Sequence record: DRR723986_2455
Length of the DNA: 64,000 nt
Direction: 5' to 3' (one strand)
The number at the start of each line of letters is the position of its first letter. The first letter of the stretch is position 1. This document shows, piece by piece, positions 1-11,040 of this stretch. The notes beneath the pieces are model-generated. The model made no database searches. It was not told the origin of the DNA and worked only from the letters and a program-made list of their open reading frames with translations. The position numbers and the translations under genes were made by a program.

Positions 1-270
1 CGTGACGTATTCCGTTCGCCGAAGTTTGGTGACATCGCCGGCTGTATGGTCGTCGAGGGAACGGTTTATCGCAGCAAGCCGATCCGCGTTCTGCGCGACG
101 ATGTGGTGATATACGAGGGTGAACTTGAGTCCCTGCGTCGCTTTAAAGACGATGCGAACGAAGTGAAGAACGGTCTTGAGTGCGGTATCGGCGTTAAGAA
201 CTACAAAGACGTTCGTCCCGGCGACAAGATCGAAGTGTTCGAGGTGAAAGAAATTGCCCGGTCACTGTAA
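1..270 (+). CDS. infB: Translation initiation factor IF-2, C-terminal part (5' truncated by window)
   Basis: Frame open from base 1; [18 protein letters not shown] motif; precedes rbfA. Confidence 0.97.
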   Translation, partial: RDVFRSPKFGDIAGCMVVEGTVYRSKPIRVLRDDVVIYEGELESLRRFKDDANEVKNGLECGIGVKNYKDVRPGDKIEVFEVKEIARSL

Positions 271-297
271 GGCATTGCAAGAGCGGGAGGCACGCTA

Positions 298-687
298 ATG
301 AAAGAATTTAGTCGTACCGCCCGCATCGCCGACTTTTTGAAGCGAGAGCTGGGCAGTTTGATCCAGCTTGAACTTCGCGACCCACGCATTGGTATGGTGA
401 GTGTCACGGACGCTGAAGTGAGCCGTGATTTGAGTCATGCGAAAATTTTCGTGACGGTCATGGGTAAAGACAATGCCGAGGAAGCCGCTGAGTCATTGGC
501 GGCGCTCAACAAGGCTGCAGGTTTTTTGCGCAGCCATGTTGCCAAGGTAAATAATGCTCGTACAACGCCGCAGTTGCGGTTCTTCTACGACTCCTCTATT
601 GATCGAGGGCAGCGTTTAAGTTCGCTCATTCAGCAGGCCGTCGATTCCGATCGCAGCCGCCAGGCCGATAACGACGACGAGGCCTGA
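298..687 (+). CDS. rbfA: Ribosome-binding factor A
   Basis: LRDPRIGMVSVTDAEVSRDLSHAKIFV; infB-rbfA-truB synteny. Confidence 0.97.
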   Translation: MKEFSRTARIADFLKRELGSLIQLELRDPRIGMVSVTDAEVSRDLSHAKIFVTVMGKDNAEEAAESLAALNKAAGFLRSHVAKVNNARTTPQLRFFYDSSIDRGQRLSSLIQQAVDSDRSRQADNDDEA

Positions 688-689
688 GC

Positions 690-1625
690 TTGGGGCGTCG
701 TCGAAAAGGCCGCGCGGTTAGCGGCATCCTTGTGTTGGATAAGCCGCTGGAGCGCAGCTCTAACTCTGCCATGATTGTGGCTCGAGCGATCTACAAAGCA
801 GCAAAAGCCGGCCATACCGGGGCGCTCGATCCGCTAGCCAGCGGCGTTTTACCGATTTGCTTTGGTGAGGCGACGAAGTTTTCCCAATACCTCCTCGATG
901 CTGACAAGGTTTATCGCACCACGGTTGTGCTCGGCGAGCAGCGCAGCACTGGCGATGCCGAGGGTGAGGTCGTGGCTGTTACCGATGCTAGCCGTCTTTC
1001 TGAGGCCGACGTCGAGGCAGCGCTGCCGGAATTTCGTGGAGAGATTCTGCAAGTGCCGCCAATGCACTCCGCCCTCAAAAAAGACGGTAAACCGCTCTAT
1101 GAGCTGGCGCGTAAAGGCGTTGAAGTTGAGCGTGAGGCGCGCCCTGTTACCATCAGCCGCCTCGAGCTTGAGGGATTTCGGCCCGGCGCGCGTGCTGAGG
1201 TCGACCTGTTGGTTCACTGTAGCAAGGGCACCTATATTCGCTCACTCGCCGAAGACATTGGCGCGGCGCTGACGGTAGGCGGCTATGTTTCCGCCCTCCG
1301 GCGTGTGCAGGCAGGGCCCTTCGACGAGTCTCAGGCCTTGGATTTCGAAGCGCTGCAGCCACTGCGTGACCGGGAGGCATTTGACGAGCTTGACGCCTTG
1401 TTGCTGCCCTTGGACACCGCCTTGACCCATATCCCGGCGGCGCGGCTCGGTGAGGTCGCCGCTGGCTTTTTGCGCAACGGTCAGGCGGTATTTGTGCCGC
1501 AGTTGCCTGCCGGGGAGTTGTTTCGCTTATACGAAACCACGCCATCTGGCCCGGTTTTTATGGGCTTGGGTGAATTGTTGGCCGACGGGCGCATTACGCC
1601 TCGTCGTTTGCTGGCAAATATGTGA
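690..1625 (+). CDS. truB: tRNA pseudouridine(55) synthase
   Basis: KAGHTGALDPLASG and CSKGTYIRSL motifs; TTG start. Confidence 0.97.
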   Translation: MGRRRKGRAVSGILVLDKPLERSSNSAMIVARAIYKAAKAGHTGALDPLASGVLPICFGEATKFSQYLLDADKVYRTTVVLGEQRSTGDAEGEVVAVTDASRLSEADVEAALPEFRGEILQVPPMHSALKKDGKPLYELARKGVEVEREARPVTISRLELEGFRPGARAEVDLLVHCSKGTYIRSLAEDIGAALTVGGYVSALRRVQAGPFDESQALDFEALQPLRDREAFDELDALLLPLDTALTHIPAARLGEVAAGFLRNGQAVFVPQLPAGELFRLYETTPSGPVFMGLGELLADGRITPRRLLANM

Positions 1626-1764
1626 TAATACGCCGCTGGTTTTCGCGATGTATTGCGTGAGGCCGGTTGTAAAGTTTGACGAGGCCCGAAGGGTTTCCAA
1701 ACCTGTCTGTAGATATGCACGGTCAGGCTTGCTTATTCACGCATATCAGTAAGAGGAAATTATT

Positions 1765-2034
1765 ATGGCACTATCTGCCGCAGAAAAAGCTGAAGTTGTA
1801 AAACAGTACCAAACTGCCGAAGGCGACACTGGTTCGCCAGAAGTGCAAGTTGCACTGTTGACGGTAAACATCAACAAGTTGCAGGGTCACTTTGAAGGCC
1901 ACAAAAAGGATCACCACTCTCGCCGTGGTTTGATCCGCATGGTAAACCAGCGTCGTAAATTGCTGGACTACCTGAAACGCAAAGACCAAGAGCGTTACAG
2001 CAAACTGATTAAAAGTTTGGGTCTGCGTCGCTAA
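1765..2034 (+). CDS. rpsO: 30S ribosomal protein S15
   Basis: [13 protein letters not shown]...[11 protein letters not shown]. Confidence 0.99.
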   Translation: MALSAAEKAEVVKQYQTAEGDTGSPEVQVALLTVNINKLQGHFEGHKKDHHSRRGLIRMVNQRRKLLDYLKRKDQERYSKLIKSLGLRR

Positions 2035-2046
2035 AAGAAGAATAAG

Positions 2047-2077
2047 TGAGGGGGCCGCAGGCCCCCTCATACTTTTT
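2047..2077 (+). terminator. Intrinsic terminator after rpsO
   Basis: tgagggggcc-gca-ggccccctca stem followed by T-run. Confidence 0.85.
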
Positions 2078-2106
2078 GTAACCCCTGTTTAGGGAGGAAA
2101 TAATTC

Positions 2107-4221
2107 GTGAATCCCGTTTCTAAAACGTTCCAGTGGGGCGGTCAAACCGTTACATTGGAAACCGGCCGCGTTGCCCGTCAGGCAAGTGGCGCGGTGCTCG
2201 TCACCATCGAGCAAACTCAAGTTCTGTGTACCGTGGTTGCAGCAAAGACTGCCAAGCCCGGTCAGGACTTTTTCCCCTTGTCTGTGCATTACCAAGAGCG
2301 TGCTTACTCCGTCGGTAAAATCCCCGGTGGTTTCTTCAAGCGCGAAGGTCGTCCCTCCGAGAAAGAAACGCTGACGTCGCGTTTGATCGACCGTCCGATT
2401 CGTCCGTTATTCCCCAATGGGTTTAAAAATGAGGTGCAGGTTGTTTGTACCGTCATGTCCTCTGAGAAAGACGTTGACCCGGATATCGCGGCACTGATCG
2501 GTACGTCGGCCGCGCTGGCGGTATCGGGTGTTCCTTTTGCTGGCCCTATCGGTGCAGCTCGCGTGGGCTTCACCGCAGAAGATGGCTATATCCTCAACCC
2601 GAGCTACAGCCAGCTGAGCACAAGCCTGCTGGACATGGTTGTTGCGGGCACTGAAGACGCCGTTCTGATGGTTGAATCAGAAGCGCAAGAGCTGAGCGAA
2701 GATCAAATGCTGGGTGCGGTATTGTACGCCCACCAGGAAATGCAAGCCGCCGTTAAAGTGATTAAAGAGCTGGCCGCTGAAGCGGGCAAGCCCACTTGGG
2801 ACTGGCAGCCTGAGCCCGAGAACACCGCGCTGATGGCCGCTGTTGCCGATGGCTTTAAAGGTGGTTTGGGTGAGGCCTACCGCATTACCGACAAAATGGA
2901 GCGCTACGCCAAAGTGGGCGAGCTGCGCGACCAAGCCGTTGAGCAGCTGGCTTCTGGTGATGACGCCGAGTTTGATGCTGAAGACGTGAAAGCAGTATTC
3001 GGTAAGCTGGAAAAGCAAATTGTTCGTCAGCGTATCCTCAATGGCGAGCCACGCATCGACGGTCGCGATGGCCGCACTGTGCGACCCATTAGCGTAGAAG
3101 TGGGCATGCTGAACAAGGCCCACGGTTCTGCCCTTTTCACTCGTGGTGAAACTCAGGCCATTGGTGTTGCGACGCTGGGTACCACTCGTGACGCACAGCT
3201 CATCGATGCCCTGGAAGGCGAGCGTAAAGACAACTTCATGCTGCACTACAACTTCCCTCCTTACTCGGTGGGCGAGTGTGGTCGCATGGGTGGCACAGGC
3301 CGCCGCGAAATCGGTCACGGCCGCTTGGCTCGTCGTGGTTTGGCTGCGGTATTGCCCACGGCTGAAGAATTCCCTTACACCATTCGCGTGGTGTCTGAAA
3401 TTACGGAATCCAATGGTTCTAGCTCCATGGCCTCAGTGTGCGTTGGCAGCCTGTCGCTGATGGATGCCGGTGTGCCGCTGAAAGCGCCCGTTGCTGGTAT
3501 TGCCATGGGTCTGGTTAAAGAAGGTGAGCGCTTCGCGGTACTGACCGATATCCTGGGTGATGAGGATCACCTCGGTGATATGGACTTTAAAGTTGCCGGT
3601 ACAGCCGACGGTGTTACTGCATTGCAGATGGACATCAAGATCGAAGGCATCACGCAAAAGATCATGGAAGTCGCGCTGGAGCAAGCGCAACAAGCGCGCT
3701 TGCACATCCTGGGTCAGATGAATCAGGTGCTGTCGGTATCTCGCGACGGCGTGTCGGACAATGCCCCCAGCATGCACGTGATGAAGGTCGACTCTGACAA
3801 GATTCGCGACATTATCGGTAAAGGCGGCGCAACCATTCGCGGTATTTGCGAAGAGACCGAAGCGCAAATCGATATTGAAGATGATGGCACCGTGCGTGTT
3901 TACGGTTCTGATGCTGCATCTCGCGATGCTGCAGTGGAGCGCATTCTTGCTATTACTGCAGAGGCTGAAGTCGGTGAAACGTACGTTGGCACTGTAGCGC
4001 GTATCGTCGACTTCGGGGCCTTTGTTAATATCCTGCCCGGCAAGGATGGTCTGGTACATATCTCGCAAATCTCGGAAGAGCGTGTTGAGAATGTCAGCGA
4101 CTACTTGAAAGAAGGTCAGGAAGTTAAAGTTAAAGTCCTGGATGTCGATCAGCGTGGTCGCATTAAACTTTCTATGAAAGAAGTTGAAGCAGAAGAGGCC
4201 GCCGCTCCCGAAGCGGAATAA
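2107..4221 (+). CDS. pnp: Polyribonucleotide nucleotidyltransferase (PNPase)
   Basis: Two RNase PH domains, [22 protein letters not shown] and S1 domains. Confidence 0.99.
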   Translation: MNPVSKTFQWGGQTVTLETGRVARQASGAVLVTIEQTQVLCTVVAAKTAKPGQDFFPLSVHYQERAYSVGKIPGGFFKREGRPSEKETLTSRLIDRPIRPLFPNGFKNEVQVVCTVMSSEKDVDPDIAALIGTSAALAVSGVPFAGPIGAARVGFTAEDGYILNPSYSQLSTSLLDMVVAGTEDAVLMVESEAQELSEDQMLGAVLYAHQEMQAAVKVIKELAAEAGKPTWDWQPEPENTALMAAVADGFKGGLGEAYRITDKMERYAKVGELRDQAVEQLASGDDAEFDAEDVKAVFGKLEKQIVRQRILNGEPRIDGRDGRTVRPISVEVGMLNKAHGSALFTRGETQAIGVATLGTTRDAQLIDALEGERKDNFMLHYNFPPYSVGECGRMGGTGRREIGHGRLARRGLAAVLPTAEEFPYTIRVVSEITESNGSSSMASVCVGSLSLMDAGVPLKAPVAGIAMGLVKEGERFAVLTDILGDEDHLGDMDFKVAGTADGVTALQMDIKIEGITQKIMEVALEQAQQARLHILGQMNQVLSVSRDGVSDNAPSMHVMKVDSDKIRDIIGKGGATIRGICEETEAQIDIEDDGTVRVYGSDAASRDAAVERILAITAEAEVGETYVGTVARIVDFGAFVNILPGKDGLVHISQISEERVENVSDYLKEGQEVKVKVLDVDQRGRIKLSMKEVEAEEAAAPEAE

Positions 4222-4239
4222 TTGCTCTCGCTGTGAACG

Positions 4240-4265
4240 AAACCCCGCCTCGGTGGGGTTTTTTT
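4240..4265 (+). terminator. Intrinsic terminator after pnp
   Basis: aaaccccgcc-tc-ggtggggttt plus T-run. Confidence 0.85.
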
Positions 4266-4391
4266 ATGCGTGAGATAAAGTCATTTTTATATAGTGTGAC
4301 ATAGCAGAGATTGCCGCTAGACAAGCTTGAAGGCTGTGATAACCTCGACGTGCAGTTTGATGGAATGCAAACAACAACAAGAGGAAATCCT

Positions 4392-4874
4392 ATGAAAAAA
4401 GTAATGATGGCAACGGCTTTTTTGGCGGCATCTAGTGCAAGTTTCGCTGTCGCGCCGGGTGGCCCAAATTGCGGTTGGGGGAATATGCTATTCTCAGGCC
4501 AGTCTGGACTGGCATCTCACTTCCTGGCTTCATGGACTAATGGTACCTCCGGTAATGCGACTTTCGGTATGACCTCTGGCACCAACGGTTGTTCAGCCGA
4601 CGGCACGCTGACATATGGCGGTAAGTCGATGGTGAACGTCGGTCAGATCATGGACGAGTTTTCTGAAGACGTCGCTCGCGGCGAAGGTGAGGCCCTGACG
4701 GCTGTTGCTGTGTCTTTTGGCATTGCCGAGGAAGATCGCGCAGTATTTAAAACCACACTGCATAATAATTTCGACAGCCTGTTCCCCTCGGCTGACGTGA
4801 ATGCGGAATCTGTGATGAATTCTATTGTGGAATTGATGAAGCAGGATAAGCAGCTGGCGAAGTACGTTTCCTAA
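4392..4874 (+). CDS. DUF3015 family secreted protein
   Basis: RBS gagga before ATG 4392; signal peptide; NCGWGNMLF..TNGTSGNATFGMTSGTNGC motif. Confidence 0.85.
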   Translation: MKKVMMATAFLAASSASFAVAPGGPNCGWGNMLFSGQSGLASHFLASWTNGTSGNATFGMTSGTNGCSADGTLTYGGKSMVNVGQIMDEFSEDVARGEGEALTAVAVSFGIAEEDRAVFKTTLHNNFDSLFPSADVNAESVMNSIVELMKQDKQLAKYVS

Positions 4875-4897
4875 TTGCTTGGCATTAGCGTTACCTT

Positions 4898-4920
4898 AAC
4901 GGCCCCGAGGGGCCGTTTTG
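4898..4920 (+). terminator. Intercistronic hairpin / weak terminator
   Basis: aacggcccc-ga-ggggccgtt-ttg. Confidence 0.6.
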
Positions 4921-4941
4921 TGTTTATGGAAGAAATAAAAT

Positions 4942-6789
4942 ATGAGAGCGAAGCTAAAACAAGCTCTGACTATATTGCTGGGTATGTGCGCCAGCTCAGC
5001 GTTGTTTGCGGCCACGACGGAGTCGCTGCAGGCGTATGCCGCGGAGCCACAGTGGCGCGCGTTGCTGCACTTCCCAAAGTCATCGACAGGCCCCAGCTAT
5101 GTCGACGACCCGCGGTTTTTTCTGGCTGAGACTGGCCGGAGTAGTCCACTTGCAGAACTAACAGAAACGCTTGCGGCGTTTTCAGCCGAGCCGTCGTTGC
5201 GATGCCGCTATCCAGCGCGAGAGCAATGGCTGGTCGAAAAAAAACTGTTGGCACCGGCCGCTCAGCACTGCGACGAATATCGGCAATGGCGTGACAAGCT
5301 TAATGTGGACGCGGTTGTTTTAGTGCTCGCCTCAAGTTATTTGAACAGCCCCTCATCGATGTATGGGCATACCTTTTTGCGATTGGACCCTGCGGGTGAG
5401 CGCGGCGACAGCGATTTCCTCTCGTATGCGTTAAATTTCGGCGCGAATATCCCGCCCGGTGAGAACGATTTGCTCTACGCCTACCGGGGCTTATTTGGTG
5501 GCTACCCAGGGCTGTTCAGCATGCAGCCCTACTATCAAAAAATTCAGGAATATACCCGCCTGGAAAATCGCGATATGTGGGAGTATCGGCTGACATTAGC
5601 GGATGAAGAAATAGAGCGTTTACTCAGTCATGTGTGGGAGTTGCGCAATGTTAACTTCGACTATTTTTTCTTTGACGAAAACTGTTCCTATCGCTTGTTG
5701 GAGCTATTGGAAGTTGCGCGTCCCGGCCTGGATCTAACGAGCCCCTTCGAATATGCCGCAATGCCAGTGGACACGGTGCGCGAAGTGGTTGACGCTGGAT
5801 TGGTCGGTCAGATTGATTACCGGCCGTCAAAGCGGCTGGAGTTAGATACCTTAACGGCGGCTCTCAGTGCCGAGCAAAGAGTCTGGGTTCGGCAACTGGC
5901 CGACGGCGAAAGGGAAGACTTAGCGGATACCGGCCTGGATGCCGACGCTCAGCGAGCAACCTACCTGGCCGCTTATCGATACTTGCGTTATCGACTGAAC
6001 ACGGCTCCGCGAACCACTGAAATGGCGGCGCGGAGTCTTCGCTTACTCCGTGGTGCACGTAAGCCTGGGGGCTTTAGCGCGCCGGTAGTCAGCACGCCGC
6101 CGCGACCGGAGCGTGGGCACAGAACGTCAATGTTCGGCTTGGGCGTGGGTTATCGAGAATTTTCCGAGCAGGGGCCTGCGGGGAACGAGGCGTTGGAGTA
6201 TGTCGATCTGAATTGGCGGATTAGTTATCACGATGCCCTGGATGCTATGGCGGGCTACCCTGAGGGAGCCAGCTTGGTAATGGGTAACTTGGCGTTGCGG
6301 TGGCAGGATCAGGAAGGCGTGCGCTTGCAACGCTTCGACCTTGTCGACATCCGTTCCTTGTCTCCTCGGGGAGAGTTCTTTTCACCGATCAGCTGGCAGG
6401 TTCAGCTGGGGTTGGAGCGCTTGGATGATGCCCCCAGTCAGCCGCTTGTTGCGCAGATTAATGCCAGCGGCGGTGGCACCTGGCCAGTGATGAAAGGCGT
6501 GGCCTACCTGATGCCGGCATTGCGTTTTGAATATAACGCGGATTTTCGCGAGGACTGGCGGTTGGCGCCTGGCATCAATATTGGCCAGCTTTGGCAAGGA
6601 GCCAAGTATTCTGCCGAGCTAGCAGGTCAGTGGCAGGACTTCTCCGGTGCCGGAGAAAGGAAGGTCCTTAAACTCAGCGGGAATTATGCATGGTCTGCCG
6701 ATAGCAGTTTGCGCTTGAGTATCGACTATCGAGACCAGCCCTGGGGGCATTCTCATGGAGTAGCGCTATCATGGCGTCAGCATTTTTAG
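4942..6789 (+). CDS. DUF4105 (Lnb-like N-terminal) domain protein with probable C-terminal beta-barrel
   Basis: Signal peptide; PSSMYGHTFLR and YFFFDENCSY motifs; amphipathic strands ending in F. Confidence 0.8.
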   Translation: MRAKLKQALTILLGMCASSALFAATTESLQAYAAEPQWRALLHFPKSSTGPSYVDDPRFFLAETGRSSPLAELTETLAAFSAEPSLRCRYPAREQWLVEKKLLAPAAQHCDEYRQWRDKLNVDAVVLVLASSYLNSPSSMYGHTFLRLDPAGERGDSDFLSYALNFGANIPPGENDLLYAYRGLFGGYPGLFSMQPYYQKIQEYTRLENRDMWEYRLTLADEEIERLLSHVWELRNVNFDYFFFDENCSYRLLELLEVARPGLDLTSPFEYAAMPVDTVREVVDAGLVGQIDYRPSKRLELDTLTAALSAEQRVWVRQLADGEREDLADTGLDADAQRATYLAAYRYLRYRLNTAPRTTEMAARSLRLLRGARKPGGFSAPVVSTPPRPERGHRTSMFGLGVGYREFSEQGPAGNEALEYVDLNWRISYHDALDAMAGYPEGASLVMGNLALRWQDQEGVRLQRFDLVDIRSLSPRGEFFSPISWQVQLGLERLDDAPSQPLVAQINASGGGTWPVMKGVAYLMPALRFEYNADFREDWRLAPGINIGQLWQGAKYSAELAGQWQDFSGAGERKVLKLSGNYAWSADSSLRLSIDYRDQPWGHSHGVALSWRQHF

Positions 6790-7607
6790 GCCGTGCGGCG
6801 GCGTTGTGTCTCGCCGTTGTTTTATTAAGTGGCTGCGAGGCGCTGTTATTTTTTCCTCAGCAGCAGTTGCTGCGCACGCCGGAAGATGTCGGCCTTGCGT
6901 ATCAGGATGTGCGAATCCCTGTTGGAAATACAGCGCTCCACGGCTGGTGGCTGCCAGCTGAGCAGCCCCGCGCAACGCTGTTATTCAGCCACGGTAATGC
7001 CGAGAATATCAGTACCCACTTGGCGAGTGTGTATTGGTTGCCGAAAGAGGGCGTCAATGTTCTGTTAATTGACTATCGCGGCTTCGGTAAATCCGAGGGG
7101 GTGCCCAGTGTGGCGGCGGCGGTAGAAGATGTACGAGCAAGCTGGCAGTGGTTGTTGGCTGAGCAGGGGGATTGGCCCTTGTTTGGACTGGGGCAGAGCT
7201 TAGGGGCAAGCCTGATGGCTGCCGCGACTGCGCGAGAGGCCGAGGCGCTTACGGGGCATATTGCCGGGCTGGTGCTCGATGCCGGTTTTACTCGCTATTC
7301 AGCTGTGGCGAGAGAGCAGGCTGCTAAGAGCCCCCTTACCTGGTTGTTGCAGTGGCCGGTTGGCTGGGCGATGCCGTCGGGTTTTGACCCGATCGATGCC
7401 CTGTTATCGCTACCGTCAGCGCCGGTGCTGATTATTCACGGCCGACGCGACCCGGTGATTGCTCTGCATCATGCGCAGCAGTTACATGAACAAGCCAAAC
7501 CGCCAAAGTCACTTTACGTATACGACGGCGGTCACATTGAAAGTTTTCATCGCCCTGCCACGCGGCAGCGCCTACTGGATTTTATTGATGAGAGCGTAGG
7601 GCGCTAA
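6771..7607 (+). CDS. Alpha/beta hydrolase lipoprotein
   Basis: Lipobox LSGC; HGNAENIS; GQSLG nucleophile; HG..D and GGH. Confidence 0.85.
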   Translation: MASAFLGRAAALCLAVVLLSGCEALLFFPQQQLLRTPEDVGLAYQDVRIPVGNTALHGWWLPAEQPRATLLFSHGNAENISTHLASVYWLPKEGVNVLLIDYRGFGKSEGVPSVAAAVEDVRASWQWLLAEQGDWPLFGLGQSLGASLMAAATAREAEALTGHIAGLVLDAGFTRYSAVAREQAAKSPLTWLLQWPVGWAMPSGFDPIDALLSLPSAPVLIIHGRRDPVIALHHAQQLHEQAKPPKSLYVYDGGHIESFHRPATRQRLLDFIDESVGR

Positions 7608-7626
7608 GCTGCGCGAACCGACGTTG

Positions 7627-8109
7627 TCAGTGTTGGTGTCCTCCCTCACCATGAGCGTGACCGTGCTCACGCTCCTCCGCGGTGGCGGCGCGCACTGAGT
7701 CGATATGAATGGTAAAGGTAAGGGTTTTACCCGCCAGTGGGTGGTTGGTGTCCACGTCGACAGAGAATTTGCCCACCTTCACTACGGTAGCGCTGTGGCT
7801 GCCCTGGTCGGTATTGAAACGCACGATTTGGCCCACACGTAATTTACCCTCGTGCTTCAAATACTTGGCAGGAATGCGTTGCTGTTTACCCTCTTGCACT
7901 ACGCCATAGGCTTGCTCGGGCGGAAGCGTGACCTCAAAGTCATCGCCGGCCTGGCGTTTGCTGAAGGCTTTTTCCAGGCCGGGAATAATATTGTTCGCAC
8001 CGTGTAAATAGAGGGTGGGCGTCTCGCCAAAATTACTTTCCAATACACTGCCGCTGCTGTCGCGCAGTTCATAGTGGAAGGCCACCACACAATTAGTATC
8101 GATTTCCAT
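7627..8109 (-). CDS. slyD: FKBP-type peptidyl-prolyl isomerase, SlyD-like
   Basis: YLHGANNIIPGLEKA, DTNHPLAGKTLTF, His-rich tail; start moved to MEID. Confidence 0.85.
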   Translation of the reverse strand: MEIDTNCVVAFHYELRDSSGSVLESNFGETPTLYLHGANNIIPGLEKAFSKRQAGDDFEVTLPPEQAYGVVQEGKQQRIPAKYLKHEGKLRVGQIVRFNTDQGSHSATVVKVGKFSVDVDTNHPLAGKTLTFTIHIDSVRAATAEEREHGHAHGEGGHQH

Positions 8110-8215
8110 ACATCCCCCTGCAATCATCAATGCCACGGCTCGCTAGAGCATTTGCCGCGTATAATAAGTGCTGATGAGGGCTTAGGGTAGAAAAACAAGA
8201 AAGGAGTTCGAGAAT

Positions 8216-8392
8216 ATGGGAGAGGTCGTTAAATTTGCGCCACGCAAGCCGCGCAAACAAAGCAGCCTGTGCCGGGAAGGCCACCATAAGTGGAAGGTGG
8301 AAAAGCGTACGCAGTTTGATGTAAAGCAGGGACGGTTGGTGAGTGTTTATAAGTGTGAGCGCTGTGGGTTGACGAAAACCCGCGCCGACTAA
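8216..8392 (+). CDS. Small hypothetical protein (58 aa), possible Zn-binding; absent from ORF track
   Basis: aaggag RBS; MGEVVKFAPRKPRKQSSLCREGHHKWKVEKRTQFDVKQGRLVSVYKCERCGLTKTRAD. Confidence 0.7.
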   Translation: MGEVVKFAPRKPRKQSSLCREGHHKWKVEKRTQFDVKQGRLVSVYKCERCGLTKTRAD

Positions 8393-8403
8393 GCGGCGTG
8401 AGT

Positions 8404-8658
8404 TTAGTGTGCGAGTTCTTCGTCTAGCTCGGCGCTGATCAGTGCCAACCAGTTTTGGGCCTCGTCATGGCCTTCCACCGCTTTCACCACGCATGCGATC
8501 CCTAGCAGGTGCTCCATGAGGAGTTTTCGCATTGGAACGTTGTTCTCTGAGGCTTGTTCCTGTAGAAACAAGAACGCCTGTGCGCTAATGTCGTCGATCT
8601 GCATCTGCTGAGTGTTTTCTCGATACTCTGACAGCGTGACTACTTTTGACATTGCCAT
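8404..8658 (-). CDS. Hypothetical protein (84 aa)
   Basis: gagga RBS before MAMSKVVTLSEYR; fills gap before parC. Confidence 0.7.
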   Translation of the reverse strand: MAMSKVVTLSEYRENTQQMQIDDISAQAFLFLQEQASENNVPMRKLLMEHLLGIACVVKAVEGHDEAQNWLALISAELDEELAH

Positions 8659-8778
8659 TTCGCAATCCTCTTGTGACATGGCAAAAGTATATGACGGCAC
8701 CGCGGTGTAAGCGCTTCGTAATTACACGTATGGGGCATTCTGCGGGAATGCTGAACATTTGAGGAACTGGCTAAATCT

Positions 8779-11040
8779 ATGTCTGACAATATCGTGATCG
8801 GCGCCGATGGCGTTGAGCAGATCCCACTAAAATCTTATACCGAGAAGGCGTATTTGGATTACTCCATGTACGTTATTCTTGATCGCGCGCTGCCGAATAT
8901 TGCCGATGGCTTAAAGCCTGTTCAGCGCCGAATTGTCTATGCGATGAGTGAGCTGGGATTAAAGGCCAGCGCAAAATACAAGAAGTCGGCGCGCACCGTT
9001 GGCGATGTTATCGGTAAATTCCACCCCCATGGCGATAGTGCGGTCTACGAGGCTATGGTGCTCATGTCTCAGGACTTCTCTTACCGTTATCCGCTGATTG
9101 ACGGTCAGGGGAACTGGGGCTCTCCCGATGACCCCAAATCGTTTGCGGCGATGCGCTATACCGAGTCCAAGTTGACGCGCTACGCCGAAGTCATGCTGAG
9201 CGAGTTGGGGCAGGGAACGGTAGATTGGGTGCCGAATTTTGACGGTGCGCTTGATGAGCCTGCCATGCTGCCCGCGCGGGTGCCCAATATTTTGTTGAAC
9301 GGTACCACAGGTATCGCGGTGGGAATGGCCACCGACATCCCCCCTCACAATCTTCGGGAAGTGGTGAGTGCCTGCATTCATCTACTCGATGCGCCCAAGG
9401 CCACCGTTGCCGAACTCTGTGAGCACGTGAAGGGCCCGGATTTTCCTACCGATGCCGAGCTGATTACCCCCGCTGACGAAATTCGAAAAATCTATGAGAC
9501 CGGGCGCGGCTCCTTGAGAATGCGGGCGGTGTGGCAGGAGGAACACGACGACATCGTTATTACGGCGTTGCCTCACCAGACCTCAGGCTCCAAGGTATTG
9601 GAGCAAATTGCCCAGCAAATGCAGGCCAAGAAATTGCCAATGGTGGTCGACTTGCGCGATGAGTCCGACCACGAAAATCCGACCCGGCTGGTGATCGTGC
9701 CGCGCTCTAACCGAGTGAATACCGAAGCGCTAATGAACCACTTGTTTGCCACCACGGACCTCGAGCGCAGTTATCGGGTCAACATGAATATGATCGGTAT
9801 TGATGGCCGGCCGCAGGTAAAGAGCCTGGATCGTATTCTTGGAGAATGGCTGGAGTTTCGTACCAACACCACTCGCCGGCGTTTGGAATTCCGTCTCGAT
9901 AAAGTTCTCAAGCGTTTGCATATTCTCGATGGTTTATTGGTCGCGTTCCTCAATATCGATGAGGTCATTGCCATTATCCGTGAAGAGGATAAACCGAAGC
10001 CTGTGCTTATGGAGCGCTTCGGTTTAAGCGACACGCAAGCCGAAGCCATCCTAGAGCTGAAACTGCGTCATTTGGCCAAGCTCGAGGAGATGAAAATTCG
10101 CGGCGAGCAGGAAGAGCTGTCGGCCGAGCGGGACCAGCTCGAGCAGACGCTTGGCTCCACCCGTCGAATGAAAACGCTGGTGCGCAAAGAGCTATTGGCC
10201 GCGGCAGAAGAATATGGCGACGAGCGCCGTTCACCGCTGGTGGCGCGTAATGAGGCGAAGGCCTTTGCGGAAGAGGATATCGTCTCCGCTGATCCAGTAA
10301 CCATTGTTTTGTCGGAAATGGGTTGGATTCGCGCGGCCAAAGGCCACGATATTGACCCTGTTGCTCTTAGCTATAAGTCGGGCGACCGTTTCAATTTGGC
10401 GGCGAGGGGGCGCAGTAACCAGTCCGTATTGATCTTGGACAGCACCGGGCGCAGTTACAGCGTCGCCGCTCACACACTGCCATCGGCTCGAGGACAAGGG
10501 GAGCCCCTGACTGGGCGCATTAACCCGCCGTCGGGCGTGAGCTTTTGCGGAATGATGATGGGGGGCGATGACAGTTATTACCTGCTGGCCTCCGATGCGG
10601 GTTATGGCTTCGTTGCCAAGCTGGGTGATTTACACAGTAAAAACAAAGCCGGTAAAGCGACCCTGACCCTGCCTAAGGGTGGTCAGGTGATGTCGCCAGT
10701 TGCGGTTGCCGGGCTTGAAGAGCATTTTGTCGTGGTGATTAGTAGCGAGGGCCGTATGTTGGTTTTCCCCGTCACTGATTTGCCGATTATGGCGCGTGGC
10801 AAAGGCAACAAGCTGATTGGCATTCCCGGCGCTCGCGTCGCCAGCCGAGAAGAGTATGTGGTGGCAACGGTGGTAATGGGCAGTCGCGACAGCATTAAGG
10901 TGCTCTCTGGCAAGCGCCACCTGTCTTTAAAGCTCTCGGAACTGGAGCACTATTTGGGTGAGCGCGGTCGCCGTGGCCACAAATTGCCGCGTGGCTTCCA
11001 GAAAGTTGATGGCGTTGAGCTGATTAGTGCTGAGCAGTAG
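8779..11040 (+). CDS. parC: DNA topoisomerase IV subunit A
   Basis: [38 protein letters not shown]. Confidence 0.97.
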   Translation: MSDNIVIGADGVEQIPLKSYTEKAYLDYSMYVILDRALPNIADGLKPVQRRIVYAMSELGLKASAKYKKSARTVGDVIGKFHPHGDSAVYEAMVLMSQDFSYRYPLIDGQGNWGSPDDPKSFAAMRYTESKLTRYAEVMLSELGQGTVDWVPNFDGALDEPAMLPARVPNILLNGTTGIAVGMATDIPPHNLREVVSACIHLLDAPKATVAELCEHVKGPDFPTDAELITPADEIRKIYETGRGSLRMRAVWQEEHDDIVITALPHQTSGSKVLEQIAQQMQAKKLPMVVDLRDESDHENPTRLVIVPRSNRVNTEALMNHLFATTDLERSYRVNMNMIGIDGRPQVKSLDRILGEWLEFRTNTTRRRLEFRLDKVLKRLHILDGLLVAFLNIDEVIAIIREEDKPKPVLMERFGLSDTQAEAILELKLRHLAKLEEMKIRGEQEELSAERDQLEQTLGSTRRMKTLVRKELLAAAEEYGDERRSPLVARNEAKAFAEEDIVSADPVTIVLSEMGWIRAAKGHDIDPVALSYKSGDRFNLAARGRSNQSVLILDSTGRSYSVAAHTLPSARGQGEPLTGRINPPSGVSFCGMMMGGDDSYYLLASDAGYGFVAKLGDLHSKNKAGKATLTLPKGGQVMSPVAVAGLEEHFVVVISSEGRMLVFPVTDLPIMARGKGNKLIGIPGARVASREEYVVATVVMGSRDSIKVLSGKRHLSLKLSELEHYLGERGRRGHKLPRGFQKVDGVELISAEQ

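Noticed and set aside
1690-1770. S15 autoregulatory leader
   Set aside because: Expected by position, but I could not fold a convincing structure by eye; needs an Rfam scan
2677-4068. Long antisense ORFs (213 and 211 aa) opposite pnp; similar ones opposite amiB, the lipoprotein and the TBDR
   Set aside because: Shadow frames caused by codon bias of real genes; no recognisable motifs
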